This document shows, piece after piece, positions 38,787 to 51,860 of a stretch of DNA of 64,000 nucleotides. The translations under genes were made by a program, and so were the position numbers. Within the stretch, counting starts at the first letter, position 1. The number at the start of each line of letters is the position of its first letter. The stretch is from Octopus sinensis. Its lineage: Eukaryota. Below the pieces are notes generated by a model. That model worked only from the letters and a program-made list of their open reading frames with translations. It was not told where the DNA came from and did not search any database. The stretch lies in the NCBI RefSeq assembly GCF_006345805.1, contig NC_042999.1, positions 43,586,001 through 43,650,000 on the forward strand, in the 5' to 3' direction.

Positions 38787-38963
38787 CATATACATATATA
38801 CGATGGGCTTCTTTTCAGTTTCCATCAACCAAATCCACTCACAAGGCTTTGGTCAGCCCGAGGCTATAGTAGAAGACACTTGCCCAAAGTGCCACAAAGT
38901 GGGACTGAACCTGGAACCATATGGTTCATAAGCAAGCTACTTACCACATAGCCACTCCTGCAC
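38538..38963 (-). mobile_element. SINE family A full copy
   Basis: As at 4050, reversed. Confidence 0.9.
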
Positions 38964-39061
38964 CTATTAATCTGTCCATTAATCAATTAAAAATTTGTTA
39001 GAAACAGCTGTAGTAGATTAACACATTATCTATCAGTTGCTATGTATATATATATATATAT

Positions 39062-39461
39062 GGGTGCAGGAGTGGCTGTGTGTTAAGAAGCTTGCTTACA
39101 AACCACTAGGTTCTAGGTTCAGTCCCACTGTGTGGTACCTTGAGCAAGTGCTTTCTACTATAGCTCTGGATCGATCAAAGCCTTGTGAGTGGATTTGGCA
39201 GATGGAAACTGAAAGAAGCCTGTCGTATATATAAGTGTGTCTGTGTGTGTGTTTATGTGTCTGTGTTTGTCTCCCCCCCCCCATCGTTTGACGACTGATG
39301 TTGATGTGTTTATGTTGCCTTAACTTAGTAGTTCAGAAAAAGAGACCAATAGAATAAGTACTAGTTTTACAAAGAATAAGTCCTATGGTCAGTTTGTTCA
39401 ACTAAATCTGGTGCTCCAGCATGGCTGCAGTCAAATGACTGAAACCAGTAAAAGAATCAAA

Positions 39462-39465
<4 letters not shown>
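39062..39465 (+). mobile_element. SINE family A full copy
   Basis: As at 4050. Confidence 0.9.
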
Positions 39466-39504
<39 letters not shown>

Positions 39505-39748
39505 ATTATATATATATATATATAGAGAAATTAAAAACAAAAACAACAAAAGTCAAAAGGACATACACAGTGATTGTATTACGTTGATGCTCAGTTTAAG
39601 ATGGAAAAAAGAAAGGGTGTAATGTTTTGAGCATGACTCTTTCTTGGATAGAGAAAAGGTCCAGAGGGAAGGAAAAGAATAGTCTGAGAAAAGAACATGT
39701 GTGGTTTACATGGCTAGAGAGAGAGAGAGAGAGAGAAATATATTACTG

Positions 39749-39930
39749 GTTATGGCATATAACCAATCAGAAGGTTGGTTTTGTGCCAACTATTCCAACT
39801 TGGTAATACTGACAACTTTTCAGAAAATATTAGCTTCTGGTCAGTTTGACTGAAAAACTATCAGTATTGCCTAGGTGAAAAAGTTGGTGTGAAACCAGTG
39901 GTAGCATTCTGACTAGTTATATGCCATAAC
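39749..39930. mobile_element. Old foldback element
   Basis: Diverged inverted arms gttatggcatataac...aatactgacaacttttcag / ctgaaaaactatcagtatt...gttatatgccataac. Confidence 0.7.
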
Positions 39931-40178
39931 GAGTTATTGAATGCTTAATGACATATAAATATAACTGCTCCATTACTCGTTGAGTGTGCTTTTTTAATGG
40001 CCTATAAATAGCCAATCAATAATATATATATATAAATAAATATATAACAAAACAGGAAAGTGGAAATTTTTTGGTATTATTTAAGAGGAAACAGCTGGGA
40101 TTTACCCTAACTACCTATATATATATCAACATACATATATATATAAGTATCTATCTATCTATCTATCATCTATCTATA

Positions 40179-40244
<66 letters not shown>

Positions 40245-40262
40245 ATATATATATCTATATTA

Positions 40263-40306
<44 letters not shown>

Positions 40307-40430
40307 ATATATATATATATATATAAATATATGATGTTCCAAATGGCGGTGCCCCAGCATGGCCACAGCTCATTAGCTGAAACTGGAAAAATCAAAAATC
40401 AAAATGCAAAAATATATATAAACATATATG

Positions 40431-40499
<69 letters not shown>

Positions 40500-40642
40500 A
40501 TGTATATATATATATATAATAATATATATATATAAATGCAAAAAAAATAAACATACATATATGTATATGTATGTATGTATGTTTGTATCTATCTATCTAT
40601 CTATCTATAATATATATATACATATATATATATCTATATATA

Positions 40643-40692
<50 letters not shown>

Positions 40693-40769
40693 TGGATAAA
40701 ACAGTGTATTTGGCTTTAGAATAACCCTCTTTAGCCCTTAATTATATGATATATATATATGTATGTATA

Positions 40770-40812
<43 letters not shown>

Positions 40813-40829
40813 TGTATGTGTATATGTGT

Positions 40830-40893
<64 letters not shown>

Positions 40894-41339
40894 TCATTCA
40901 CACACATACACTACTAATACATACATAGAGGAAAAAAAAAAAGAGAAAAATAAAATTTCAGTCTGGTGATTTTTGGATAAGTTAGTTACTTGAAGACAAT
41001 ATGTTATGAATGACTGATTCTTCTCCAATATTGGTGATTAGCAAATTCAAACAGAATTAGATATAGCAAGATCATATACTTAGAAAAAAAAAAAAAACGA
41101 AAAAAAGAAGCAGACAAAATTTTAAAAAAGTAGATGTAACTGGGCGAATGGTGGGTGATGAAAGGTTGATTGAAGATTTCAAATATATAAACGGTGAAAC
41201 AAAACAGAGCAAAGAAGAAAAGAAAGAATGAAAAGAGCTTCATATGTATTCTGTGATGTTCTTCTTTTTTGATAATAGGTATCTTTAGTCTTAAGGAGGA
41301 ATACATCCAGGGGAAATGGGGACAGCTCTTCGGTTATCT

Positions 41340-41750
41340 TTTATCTTTTGCTTGTTTCAGTCATCAGACTGTGGCCATGCTGGGGCACTGCCTTGAAGAT
41401 ATTTCAGTCAAATGAATCAACCCCAGTGCTGATATTGTTTTAAGCCTGCTACTTATTCTGCCAGTCTTTTTTGCTGAACTGCTAAGTTATTTGGATGTAA
41501 ACACACCAACACTGGTTATAAATGCCAAGTTGCAGGACAAACAGAAACACGCACACACACACACACTCACACACACATACACACAGATAACAGGCTTCTT
41601 TCTGTTTCCGTCTGTCAAATCCACTCACAATGCTTTGGTCAGCCCAAGGCTATAGGAGAAAATATTTGCCCAAGGTACCATGCAGTGGGACGGAACCTAC
41701 AACCACCTGGTTGGGAAGCAAACTTCTTACCACACAGCCATGTCTGTACC
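41340..41750 (-). mobile_element. SINE family A full copy (diverged)
   Basis: As at 4050, reversed. Confidence 0.85.
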
Positions 41751-41809
41751 TGTATTTACTTTGCACACATGATGATATTTATACTGGGATTTAAGTTTGT
41801 AATTCCTTT

Positions 41810-41975
41810 GTGTGTGTGTGTGTGTGTTGTCCCCCACCTCAGTTTGACAACTGGTATTGGTTTGCTTAGTGGCTCTGCAAAAAAAGACCAATAAAATAAG
41901 TACAAAACTTTTTTTTTTTAAATACCTTCAGATGGTGCTCCAGCATGGCTACAGTCCAGTGACTAAAACTTGTAA
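41810..41975 (+). mobile_element. SINE family A tail half
   Basis: gtttgacaactgg...gtgctccagcatggctacagtc. Confidence 0.7.
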
Positions 41976-42514
41976 ACAGCAATATTTTTAGATTTTTTCA
42001 CTTTGACAAAAAATATTTACATTACATATATAAGAGTTCCTAAGTCATCTTGCCCACAGTACCTGGGCTTAAATAAAAAATAAAATAACAAAGTTAAGCT
42101 GCTAAGCTATTGAAAGTGAAGGTGTATGGTCTATTGGTTAAAGCATTGTACTCACAATCACAAGATCGTGGAGGTGGGGTGGTGGTAATGATGATCTATT
42201 CACCAACTTCCTCATGAAGTCAGAAACTACAAGCAACTATTCTGTTGTACTTAAGAGTAAATGAGCAAAGGTCCTCTCTATTGCTGATCTCTTGTTAGTA
42301 TTTAGGGATGCAATTTAGACTTTTAACTCAAGGTTCAATGGTTGAATGGTTAATGTTGACAAAAGACATTCAGCTGTAAAAAACAATTAGTCCAGTAAAA
42401 CCATTGTATCAAATGAAGCATTTAAACCAAAAAAATATGGCCAATATCCTCTCACTCTGTCAGCCAGCTTTACTAATCTCATCTTTTTCTCTCTCTGTCT
42501 CTCTCTGAATGTGC

Positions 42515-42945
<431 letters not shown>

Positions 42946-42982
42946 TATATATATATATATATATATACCTAGCTATCTATCC

Positions 42983-43019
<37 letters not shown>

Positions 43020-43099
43020 CTCTCCGATTTTGTATCTGGTTTGCAAGATTCTTTATGTGAATTTGTGTGTTGATGCAAATTTTGTTGTGTCCGAAGTGA

Positions 43100-43197
43100 T
43101 CAGTACTCAGCCCCCTCATATTCACCACAGTCCTCCAAGCAATAATAAAAGAATTCAAGACAGGATGTCCCTGGGAGCTCCTCTATGCTGATGACTT
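43100..43197 (+). mobile_element. Isolated ~100-bp RT-core fragment of the 11.7-kb LINE family
   Basis: Encodes SVLSPLIFTTVLQAIIKEFKTGCPWELLYADD and matches ~12760-12857. Confidence 0.9.
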
Positions 43198-43553
43198 TGA
43201 ACAGTTATCTCCCTTGCCCACAATAATAATAATAACGATAACCAATTACCTCCCCTTATTTTTCTACTTGTGAAGTCGTTCACTTGTAAATATTATCACA
43301 TACAACATGGACAAAAATTTCTTCTTAAGAAAATACATATTCAAAAGAGTAAACCTTAATATCATGAATAGCGAAAGCGAAACCGGTTGATATATCAAAA
43401 ATTATATTTAAACTATGTAAAGTGTGTGTATTTTCTATTTTTAATTTCTTATATATATTACAACTCACCACGTGGGGATAATCGAAATTCCTCTTTTTCT
43501 GTTACTACTACTACTACTACTACTACTACTATATATACATACATATATATATA

Positions 43554-43926
43554 TACAAGCAAAATGCCCCCTGTCCAATGGACGGTGCTGAGTTGTCAAA
43601 CATTTAAACCAAATTTTCTCAAAACAACTTGTCCAACCGTCCCATAGGCCTCCCCTTTGAGAAATTCTGATTTAACCAAATTTGAGACACCAGCAAAAGA
43701 AGAAATAAAGATAGACTTTTTTTCTATTCCAAAGAAAAACGATTTCCTATGGCTTTATCGATCGCATTCTCACCTGGAATCGATTTTTGTAATTTTTTCA
43801 ATACTTATACACGCCCTAATACTGTCGGTATCTACATATCAAATTTGAGCACAATTGGATGGAGGATGCCTGAGATCCCAGAAGCCACACACACACACAG
43901 ACAGAACAGATTTTATATAAGAGATA
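43554..43926 (+). mobile_element. HINE/DINE-1-like short element
   Basis: Starts acaagcaaaatgcccc, contains ctacatatcaaatttgagcacaattgg and a (CA)n/cagacaga tract, and ends ttttatataagagat; flanked by (TA)n. Confidence 0.4.
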
Positions 43927-44239
43927 TATAAATATTGTCAGTGTATCATATATCTGAAAGAGAATCTCACTCTAAAGCATGGAGCAGTAATGTATCTATA
44001 TGCAGTTAAGTATATGTCTGGTCATAGTGTGATCAATGGTCTTGCCTCCATAAAGATCTTAACCCCATGGACGACTCCATATATATGTCTGTATGTATGT
44101 ATATACATAGTAGTAACCAAATGACTGTACTGGATGCAGACTGGGTGATGATGGTAACTTATGTCAATCTCTAAAATGAATAGTGGCAGCCATACGCCTA
44201 ACTATACACACAAGATATACTATATAATATATATATATA

Positions 44240-44403
44240 TAGTGGCTGTGTGGTAAGTAGCTTGCTAACCAATCACATGGTTCCGGGTTCAGTCCCACTG
44301 CGTGGCACCTTGGGCAAGTGTCTTCTGCTATAGCTCTGGGCCGACCAATGCCTTGTGAGTGGATTGGGTTGACGGAAACTGAAAGAAGCCTGTCATATAT
44401 ATG

Positions 44404-44436
<33 letters not shown>

Positions 44437-44644
44437 TTGTGTGTCTGTGTTTGTCCCCCTAGCATTGCTTGACAACTGATACTGGTGTGTTTACGTCCCT
44501 GTCACTTAGCAGTTCGGCAAAAGAGACTGATAGAATAAGTACTGGGCTTACAAAGAATAAGTCCCGGGGTCGATTTGCTCGACTAAAGGCAGTGCTCCAG
44601 CATGGCCGCAGTCAAATGACTGAAACAAGTAAAAGAGTAAAAGA

Positions 44645-44645
<1 letters not shown>
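44240..44645 (+). mobile_element. SINE family A full copy
   Basis: As at 4050. Confidence 0.9.
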
Positions 44646-44686
<41 letters not shown>

Positions 44687-44688
<2 letters not shown>

Positions 44689-44855
44689 CAGGTTTCTGCA
44701 CACTTGCTGTCTACCAAATTTATTCACCAGGCATTGGTCAGCTGGAAGCTATAGTACATAACACTTACCCATGCTCAAGATGTTGCACTGAGGGACTGAA
44801 CCCAAAACCAAATGATGGCAAAGCTTGCTTCTCAACTACACAGCCATACTTGTAT
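44687..44855 (-). mobile_element. SINE family A head half (old)
   Basis: gggactgaacccaaaacc...ctacacagcc. Confidence 0.7.
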
Positions 44856-45449
44856 CTATTGTCTTTCATTTTTGTGAGACCTTCTGGTACAATATTTTAT
44901 TTTTAACAAAGTGGATTCAGAGCTTTATTTAACTTATGGCATCATCAAGTCTAAATCCATCAATGACCATCACCATCATATATTGTGTTGCCATCATTTA
45001 GTTCATGAGTGGCCACATCATTTACATCCCATCTCACAATGTTTTGTACAAAAAATTTTGACATGTGATTCAGTCAGTCAGTGGTTCTTAGTCTTGCTAA
45101 GACAATTCTAATGTGAATGGTTAATTTGTTTATTTATTTTTTATTTTTAGTATATATTTTTTATTTTTTGGCAGTGGGATGAAGAATTATCTAAACAATG
45201 TTAATATCTCACCATAATGGATATAAAAATGTTTTAAAATACAGAAAGAAAAATTATAGAAGCAAATTGTATCTAACACACACACACACAGACACATACA
45301 CACACAGACACACACACACAACGCATACATATATGGCTTCTTTGCATCTCTGAGTTGATGGACTGGATATTCTGCTGAGAACTATTCAGTTGAAGATGTT
45401 ATTTTTAAATGCAAGATATAACAACAGCAGCAATAAAAATGTAATGATT

Positions 45450-45685
45450 AGGAAGAGGAGGAGGAGGGGGAGGAGGAGGAGGGGGAGGAAGAGGAAGATA
45501 AGGATGGTGATGGTGATGACAATGATGATGTTGAGAAGAGGGTAGAGGTGGAGGATGAGTTGGAGTAAGAGGAGGAGGAGGAGGACAATGATGATGATGG
45601 TAATATGAGAAGAAGAAGCAGAAGAAGAAGAAGAAGAAGAAGAAGAAGAAGAAGAAGAAGAAGAAGAGAGGGAGGAGGAGGAGGC
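45450..45685. repeat. Purine-rich (GAG)/(GAT)/(GAA) triplet tract
   Basis: Direct reading. Confidence 0.85.
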
Positions 45686-46448
45686 CTAAAATGTAAAAAG
45701 AAAGGTAGAACGAAAGAAAGAAAGAATGTGAGATTTAAAAAGGAAATTTCAAAAAAAATATCTGAAAGTATTCTTTGGATAATATATAATGGATATGATA
45801 TCTGGATCTTAAAAAAGAGTTTTCTTGATGCTTATGTGCCTAAAGAAATTGGTTAATAACACTAGATTTAGCATAGAGAGAAGCGAGAGAGGAATGCGTG
45901 TGTGTGTGTGTGTGTGTGTGTGAGAGCACATGTATGTGCATGTGTATATGTTTGTGTGTGTGTGCGTGTCTGTGTGTGTGTGTGCGTGTCTGTGTGTGTG
46001 TGTGCGTGTGTTTGAGTAAGGGAGAAACGTGAAGTGCTGGAGAGAAGGAACTGCATTAATTGAATAAGTGCTATACGGGAAAAGCAAACAAATAAAATTA
46101 CGTTATTTGCAATTTGCACCATTATGTTCAATTTAGTAAGGGAATATAATGATGTGTATGCTTTTATACGCGTATGGATACATGTATGTGATGTGAGAAA
46201 TATGTGTGTATGTCTATACATACATACATGCATACATAAACACACACACACACACACACACATGTATATATGTATATATGTATGTATTTATTTATATAAA
46301 ACACATGCATACATGCATAAACATCACTGAAGTTGACATGGAAGGGAAATGAGTTCCAAATTTATAATATTGTATTGTTTACATAGCAACATAGCTCTCT
46401 TTATTTCTCTTTAATGTATGTATGTATGTTTCGTATCAATCTCCCTCT

Positions 46449-46507
<59 letters not shown>

Positions 46508-46570
46508 CTATATATATATATATGTATATATATGTATATATATATATATGTATATATATGTATGTATATA

Positions 46571-46630
<60 letters not shown>

Positions 46631-46644
46631 ACATATATGCATAT

Positions 46645-46952
46645 ATACACACATATGTGTGTGTGCACATACACATTACATGTATATGCATATATCATCA
46701 TTCTTCTTCCATTGTACATTTTTTTCTCATGCCTGCATGGGTCAGTTGAAGCAAATATTGTACGGCTGAATGCTTTTCCTGTCACTAACCATCACCTGAT
46801 ACACACATATGTGTGTGTGCACATACACATTACATGTATATGCATATATCATCATTCTTCTTCCATTGTACATTTTTTTCTCATGCCTGCATGGGTCAGT
46901 TGAAGCAAATATTGTACGGCTGAATGCTTTTCCTGTCACTAACCCTCACCTG
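46645..46952 (+). repeat. 154-bp direct tandem duplication
   Basis: Units at 46645 and 46799, nearly identical. Confidence 0.9.
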
Positions 46953-47204
46953 ATTTCAAGAAAAGCAATATTTCTCCCAGTCATTGAAACAATGTTTGGA
47001 CTTTTTTTTTTAATGGGAAATTATAAGAGAACGACAGGCTTGTATTTCGTGAGAATTCACAATCCAACAACACACTTTGTTTGTTTACAATTTACACAGA
47101 AAGCTAAACAAATACGAGACAAAGTAAAACAAATGCACATATGTACACATATATATACTAATAAATATGTGTGTATGTATGTATATATATATATATATAT
47201 ATAA

Positions 47205-47395
47205 AATGGGAAGGTTTACGAAAATAAACAAAAGACGAAGGCAGGTGGAGTACAAACAAACAAATGTATTAGTATGGCGCTCAGGAATAGAAATAGAACA
47301 AGTCTTTTATGTTTCGAGCCTACGCTCTTCAACAGAAAGATACACAGAAAAGAAACAAGGAGAGAAAAAAATGTGTGTAGGAGCTAACGGTCCAT
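47205..47395 (-). mobile_element. Short repeat family G with degenerate hammerhead-like motif
   Basis: Reverse complement of 49485-49660. Minus strand reads tcttt CTGTTGA A GAGC gtag GCTC GAAAC ata aaaga. Confidence 0.7.
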
Positions 47396-47422
47396 CATGG
47401 CATATATATATATATATATATC

Positions 47423-47499
<77 letters not shown>

Positions 47500-47514
47500 T
47501 ATATATATATGTTA

Positions 47515-47780
47515 TATGTATACCATTCTGCCTTAAAAAATGGATCTACAAATACAATATCCCTACATATATCACATCTATTTTCTTTTATTTCCTCCAC
47601 CTCACTCTCTATTTTATATCTTATCTAAATTAACTATTTCTTATCCACCCTCTCACACTGTCTCCGATGAAGGGATATAATAAATATCCTGGAAACAGCT
47701 GTAAGACCTTCTGTCTATAAATGTCCTAAAATCTACACAGCCTTGGTTTTTTATCTCATTGCGAAAAAATTTTTTTATAG
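47515..47780 (+). mobile_element. Penelope-like pseudo-LTR-type repeat (second copy at 55480-55780)
   Basis: ~260 bp is shared with 55525-55780 and carries a hammerhead motif; the PLE assignment is inferred from that motif. Confidence 0.6.
47660..47707 (+). ncRNA. Type I minimal hammerhead ribozyme motif (U4->C variant)
   Basis: gtct CCGATGA a gggatat aataa atatcct g GAAA cagctg TA agac, i.e. stem I gtct/agac, stem II gggatat/atatcct, palindromic stem III acagctgt, GUA cleavage triplet. Confidence 0.55.
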
Positions 47781-47792
47781 GTGTGTGTGTGT

Positions 47793-48093
47793 GGAGGCAC
47801 ATGGCCTAGTGGTTAGAGCAGCGGACTCACGGTCGAGGGATCGCAGGTTCGAATCTCAGACCAGGTGATGTGTATGTTTATGAGCGAAACACCTAAGTTC
47901 CACGCGGCTCCAGCAGAAGGTAATGGCAAACTTCTGTTGACTCCTTTGCCACAACTTTCTCTCACTCTTTCCTCCTGCATTTAGCAGCTCACTTGTGATG
48001 GACCAGCATCCCATCCAGGTGGGGAACCTATATGCCAATGAAACCAGGAAACCAGCCCATTATGAGCCAGGCATGGCTTGAGAAGGAACAAAC
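47793..48093 (+). mobile_element. tRNA-headed SINE family B1
   Basis: tggcctagtggttagag A-box and ggttcgaatct B-box; near-copy at 54958. Confidence 0.9.
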
Positions 48094-48167
48094 ATATACA
48101 TATGACTGTGCTGTTGAGGAGATTGACGATGCAAGCTGCCTTGCCTAAGTTCACCTAGATAATATAT

Positions 48168-48219
<52 letters not shown>

Positions 48220-48230
48220 ATAAATAAATA

Positions 48231-48715
48231 ATCTAGGTGAACTTAGGCAAAGCAACTTGCGTCGTCACTCTCTTCAACAGCATAGTCTTGCCTGCAATGC
48301 TAAACGCATGTGTGACTTGGGCTCTGACAAAGAGAGAACAACATCTGCTTATGGTGCAGAGAGCCATGGAAAGGTCGATGTTGGGAATCTCACTAAGAGA
48401 TCACATCCGGAACAAGGAGATCAGGAATAGAACTCAATTGAAGGATGTCATTACAGACTACCACCATGCAAAGCTATGATGGGCTGGTCATGTCATAAAG
48501 TTCACAGGTAAATAGGTAGACCGGTGCAATTGTTTAGTGGTACCCATGCAAGTGGAAGGGATCACTTGGAAGGCCTTCAGTCAGGTGGGAAGATGACTTC
48601 AGAAAAATATTTAGAGCAACTTGGAGGAGAATGGCGAGAATACAGGAGGAATGGAACGAATGCTGTGGCCAGCAAAGCTGATTCAGCGCCAGACAGCCTG
48701 ACCAATCCAGGTGAT
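48231..48715 (+). mobile_element. RTE-1-like LINE 3' fragment
   Basis: LFNSIVLPAML..TWALTK..QRAMERSMLGISLRDHIRNKEIRNRT...KL*WAGHV. Confidence 0.85.
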
Positions 48716-49484
48716 ATATATAATGAGAGAAAAAAATGATATGGGCTTGAACTTGGTACTCCTTTATTTCATCTCTTAGATATGTTTCAGTGTTTGGTAA
48801 TGCATGATGTCACACAATAAATGCAATCTGGAGATGCACCTTATAAAGGCAGTATGCATAAGCAAACACATCCTCAGACCGAGAAGCAGAAAGTACAATT
48901 CTCTCATTATTTATGGGCTCTTATTTTGTTATTGTCCACATCAGTCTGCACAAGACCCGGTGTGAATTTGCTACAGTGTGAATTTAATACAATTAACAAT
49001 AAGAGCTGAAACCTGAATGGAATAATTGTCTGACACCGAACACATCTAGTCTCTCTCACACACACATACACAAGCAAACAAATACAGCTCCTTCTGCATA
49101 TTCTTGCCCAGTCACCAAATGATGCATTGCTAAGTTAAGATTCTCTCGTTTTTTTTCCAGCTTTCATACATTCATTCGCCATTAACACTTTAAATGTATT
49201 ACTTACTAACAGCTAGTTTCATAAAGCTAACCACTTAAACTGACCCCTCAATATATATAACCTCTTCATCTCTCATATAATATTGTTAAGATAATTACTC
49301 GTTTCTTAGTTTGTTTCATTTCTTGTCTCTTTCGTTTAATTTCTCACCCGCCATGAACTCTTTAATTGTATATTATTATTATTATTATTATTACTATTAT
49401 TTTCATTCCTTGAACCATCTCCCCAAATTAAACTTTGCTTCCAGTTGCAGCTTATCTATTTAAATATGATAGATCGCTAGCCAC

Positions 49485-49660
49485 TACACATTCTTTATTT
49501 TCTCTCCTTGTTTTTTTCTGTGTTCCTGTCTGTGGAAGAGCGTATGCTCGAAACATTAAAGACTTTTTCACTTCCTGAGCAGTAAACTAATACATCTGTT
49601 TGTTGTCTACACCACCTGTCTTCGCCTTTTATTATTTTTTTTGTGAATTCTCTACCTATA
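49485..49660 (+). mobile_element. Short repeat family G (tip also at ~37970-38025)
   Basis: CTGTGGA A GAGC gtat GCTC GAAAC att aaaga; ends acaccacctgtcttcg...gaattctc followed by (TA)n. Confidence 0.7.
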
Positions 49661-49702
49661 TATATATATATATATATATATACATACATGCGTACATACA
49701 TG

Positions 49703-49733
<31 letters not shown>

Positions 49734-49748
49734 GCATGCATGCATACA

Positions 49749-49780
<32 letters not shown>

Positions 49781-50165
49781 CATATATATTTATAGCAATT
49801 ACAGTTTGCCCACCTAGCCAGTGCATTGACATCATTTGAAAGCTACTACATTGTGAGGAAGGGCATTGTGACTAGCGGTGCATAACAACATTCCATTGTC
49901 TGGTCAATAGAGTGATACAGTGATATAACAATTACAGTGTAGAAGATATATAACTGGCTGTTGAAAAACTCAAAAACCATTAACTTTACTCAAACATTTA
50001 TTATTTGATCTCAGAATTTTCACTGCATTGGAGTCACATCAGTGACAAAGTCACACATGTTGTGACCAAAACTTTGAGACCAAACAATAAATGTTTAAGT
50101 GAAGTTAACAGTCTTTGTGCATTTGTGAGATTTTGAAGGGTTGATATATGTATGTATGTGTGTGT

Positions 50166-50480
50166 GTGAAAGCACGTGGATTAGTGGTTAAGACATTTGG
50201 CTCATGATCGTGAGTTCAATTCCCGGCGACACACTGTGTCCTCTAGCAAGACACTTTATTTCATGTTTCTCCAGCACACTCAGCTGGCAAAAATGAGTAG
50301 TACCTGTATTTCAAAGGGCCAGCTTTGTCACACTTTGTGTCATACTGAATCTCCCTGAGAACTACTTTAAGGGTATACGTGTTTGTGGAGTGCTCAGCCA
50401 CTTGCATGTTAATTTCATGAGCAAGCTGTTCCATTGATTGTATCAGCTGGGACCCTCATTGTTGTAACCAATAGAATGCT
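50166..50480 (+). mobile_element. tRNA-headed SINE family D1
   Basis: tggattagtggttaag A-box, gagttcaattcc B-box, core agcaagacactttatttca. Confidence 0.8.
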
Positions 50481-51005
50481 CAATTCATATATTTATAACA
50501 ATTAAAATTGGAAGGTACCGTATGAGTGAAAATATATAGGGAAAAGGATTCGAAAATGCAGAGGTCTTTTAAAGACGTTTATTGACTTGAATGGTTTCAC
50601 TTTTTTTTTAAAGTAAATTGCAAGGCTTTGTGTAGCCTTTGTGGTGTTAAAATTTAATTAACATAGATATATTAAAATACAGTGATAGAGTCTTTAACAA
50701 TGATAAGAAAATGTTAAGAGAGGCTTTGTGTTTAAACAAACCCTTATACACCCAAAGAAGCCTAACTAGCAAACAGAGAGATCCAATTTTCTAGAAAGTA
50801 GCACTTGAAATGGATACATTTAGAAAATTTTGTATTTATATAGAGTCTGATGAGCTGTCCACAGGGTTTTGCTTTGTGGGTACGAAACCTTAGGTAACTC
50901 TATATCCAAGATATAAAATGTTGATGTAATAATTACTGCTCTGTTCTTTAGAATGTGCTTCTTTCTGATACATGCTTTTTTATTAACTATATATATATAT
51001 ACATA

Positions 51006-51682
51006 CAGGGTGCATAAGGTATTTGTGGGCATACCTTTTTTGGGTCATTGCTGCATTTTTTGCTAACTCTGTATAATCTTTGTTTCATAAAATAATATTG
51101 GCAAACCCTCAGCTTATTCAAGAAATGAAGAGGCATGCTGTTATTGTGGTTATAAAGGTATAGCAATTTAGAAACGTCTTGACTTTAGAAAGTTGCCAGA
51201 TCTTTCATCTACAAAGTTTGTAAGGAGCTAGAGACTGAAGATGGAATCGTATCACTCGTATCAAAGCATAAAAAGCATTCTAACCACTCTGAAATCATCA
51301 GAACACCTGGATTTATCCAGTAAGTTCAACAGACCATTGATTACAATCCCAGAAGGCCATGAGTTCAGTTGCAAAAGATCTCCATTTGTCAGAAGGAAAA
51401 GTCAGAAATGTTGTCCACAAAGACATCTTATATGATGAGGAAAGGTCAATTTGCCAGAAAAAGCAAAAGAAAATCACTACATCAAATCTAAAAGGCTCTT
51501 AAACAAACTGAAAAATCCAGCAGAAGATTTCATTTGGTTTTTCTCAAACGAGAAAAACTTTGACCAAGATCAAAAAGTTAGCAGAAAAACTGACAGATGG
51601 TTACGTGCAGACCCTTCTGAAGTTCCAAGTGTTATGCGTACAAAATTTCCTGCAACTGTCATGGTTTTAGGGGTTGTCAGTA
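51006..51682 (+). mobile_element. maT-type transposon 5' half with left TIR, cut by a SINE
   Basis: TA+cagggtgcataaggtattt TIR; MKRHAVIV...; FFSNEKNF (decayed first Asp); KFPATVMVLGVVS. Confidence 0.85.
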
Positions 51683-51860
51683 TTTTACTTGTTTCAGTTA
51701 TTTGTGACTGCTGCCATGCTGGAGCACTGCTTTAAAGAGGTTTTAGCCAAAGATATCAACTCCAGGACTTATTCTTTGTAAGCCTAGTACTTATTGTATC
51801 AGTCTCTTTTGCCAAACCACTAAGCTATGAGGACGTTAACACACCAACATTGGTGATGGT
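51683..51860 (-). mobile_element. SINE family A tail half
   Basis: ttttacttgtttcag...catgctggagcactgc...acaccaacattgg. Confidence 0.8.

Noticed and set aside
47793-47870. tRNA-like sequences at SINE heads (also 4050, 42640, 50166, 53840, 54958)
   Set aside because: They have A/B boxes but no complete cloverleaf or acceptor stem, and they continue into SINE bodies.
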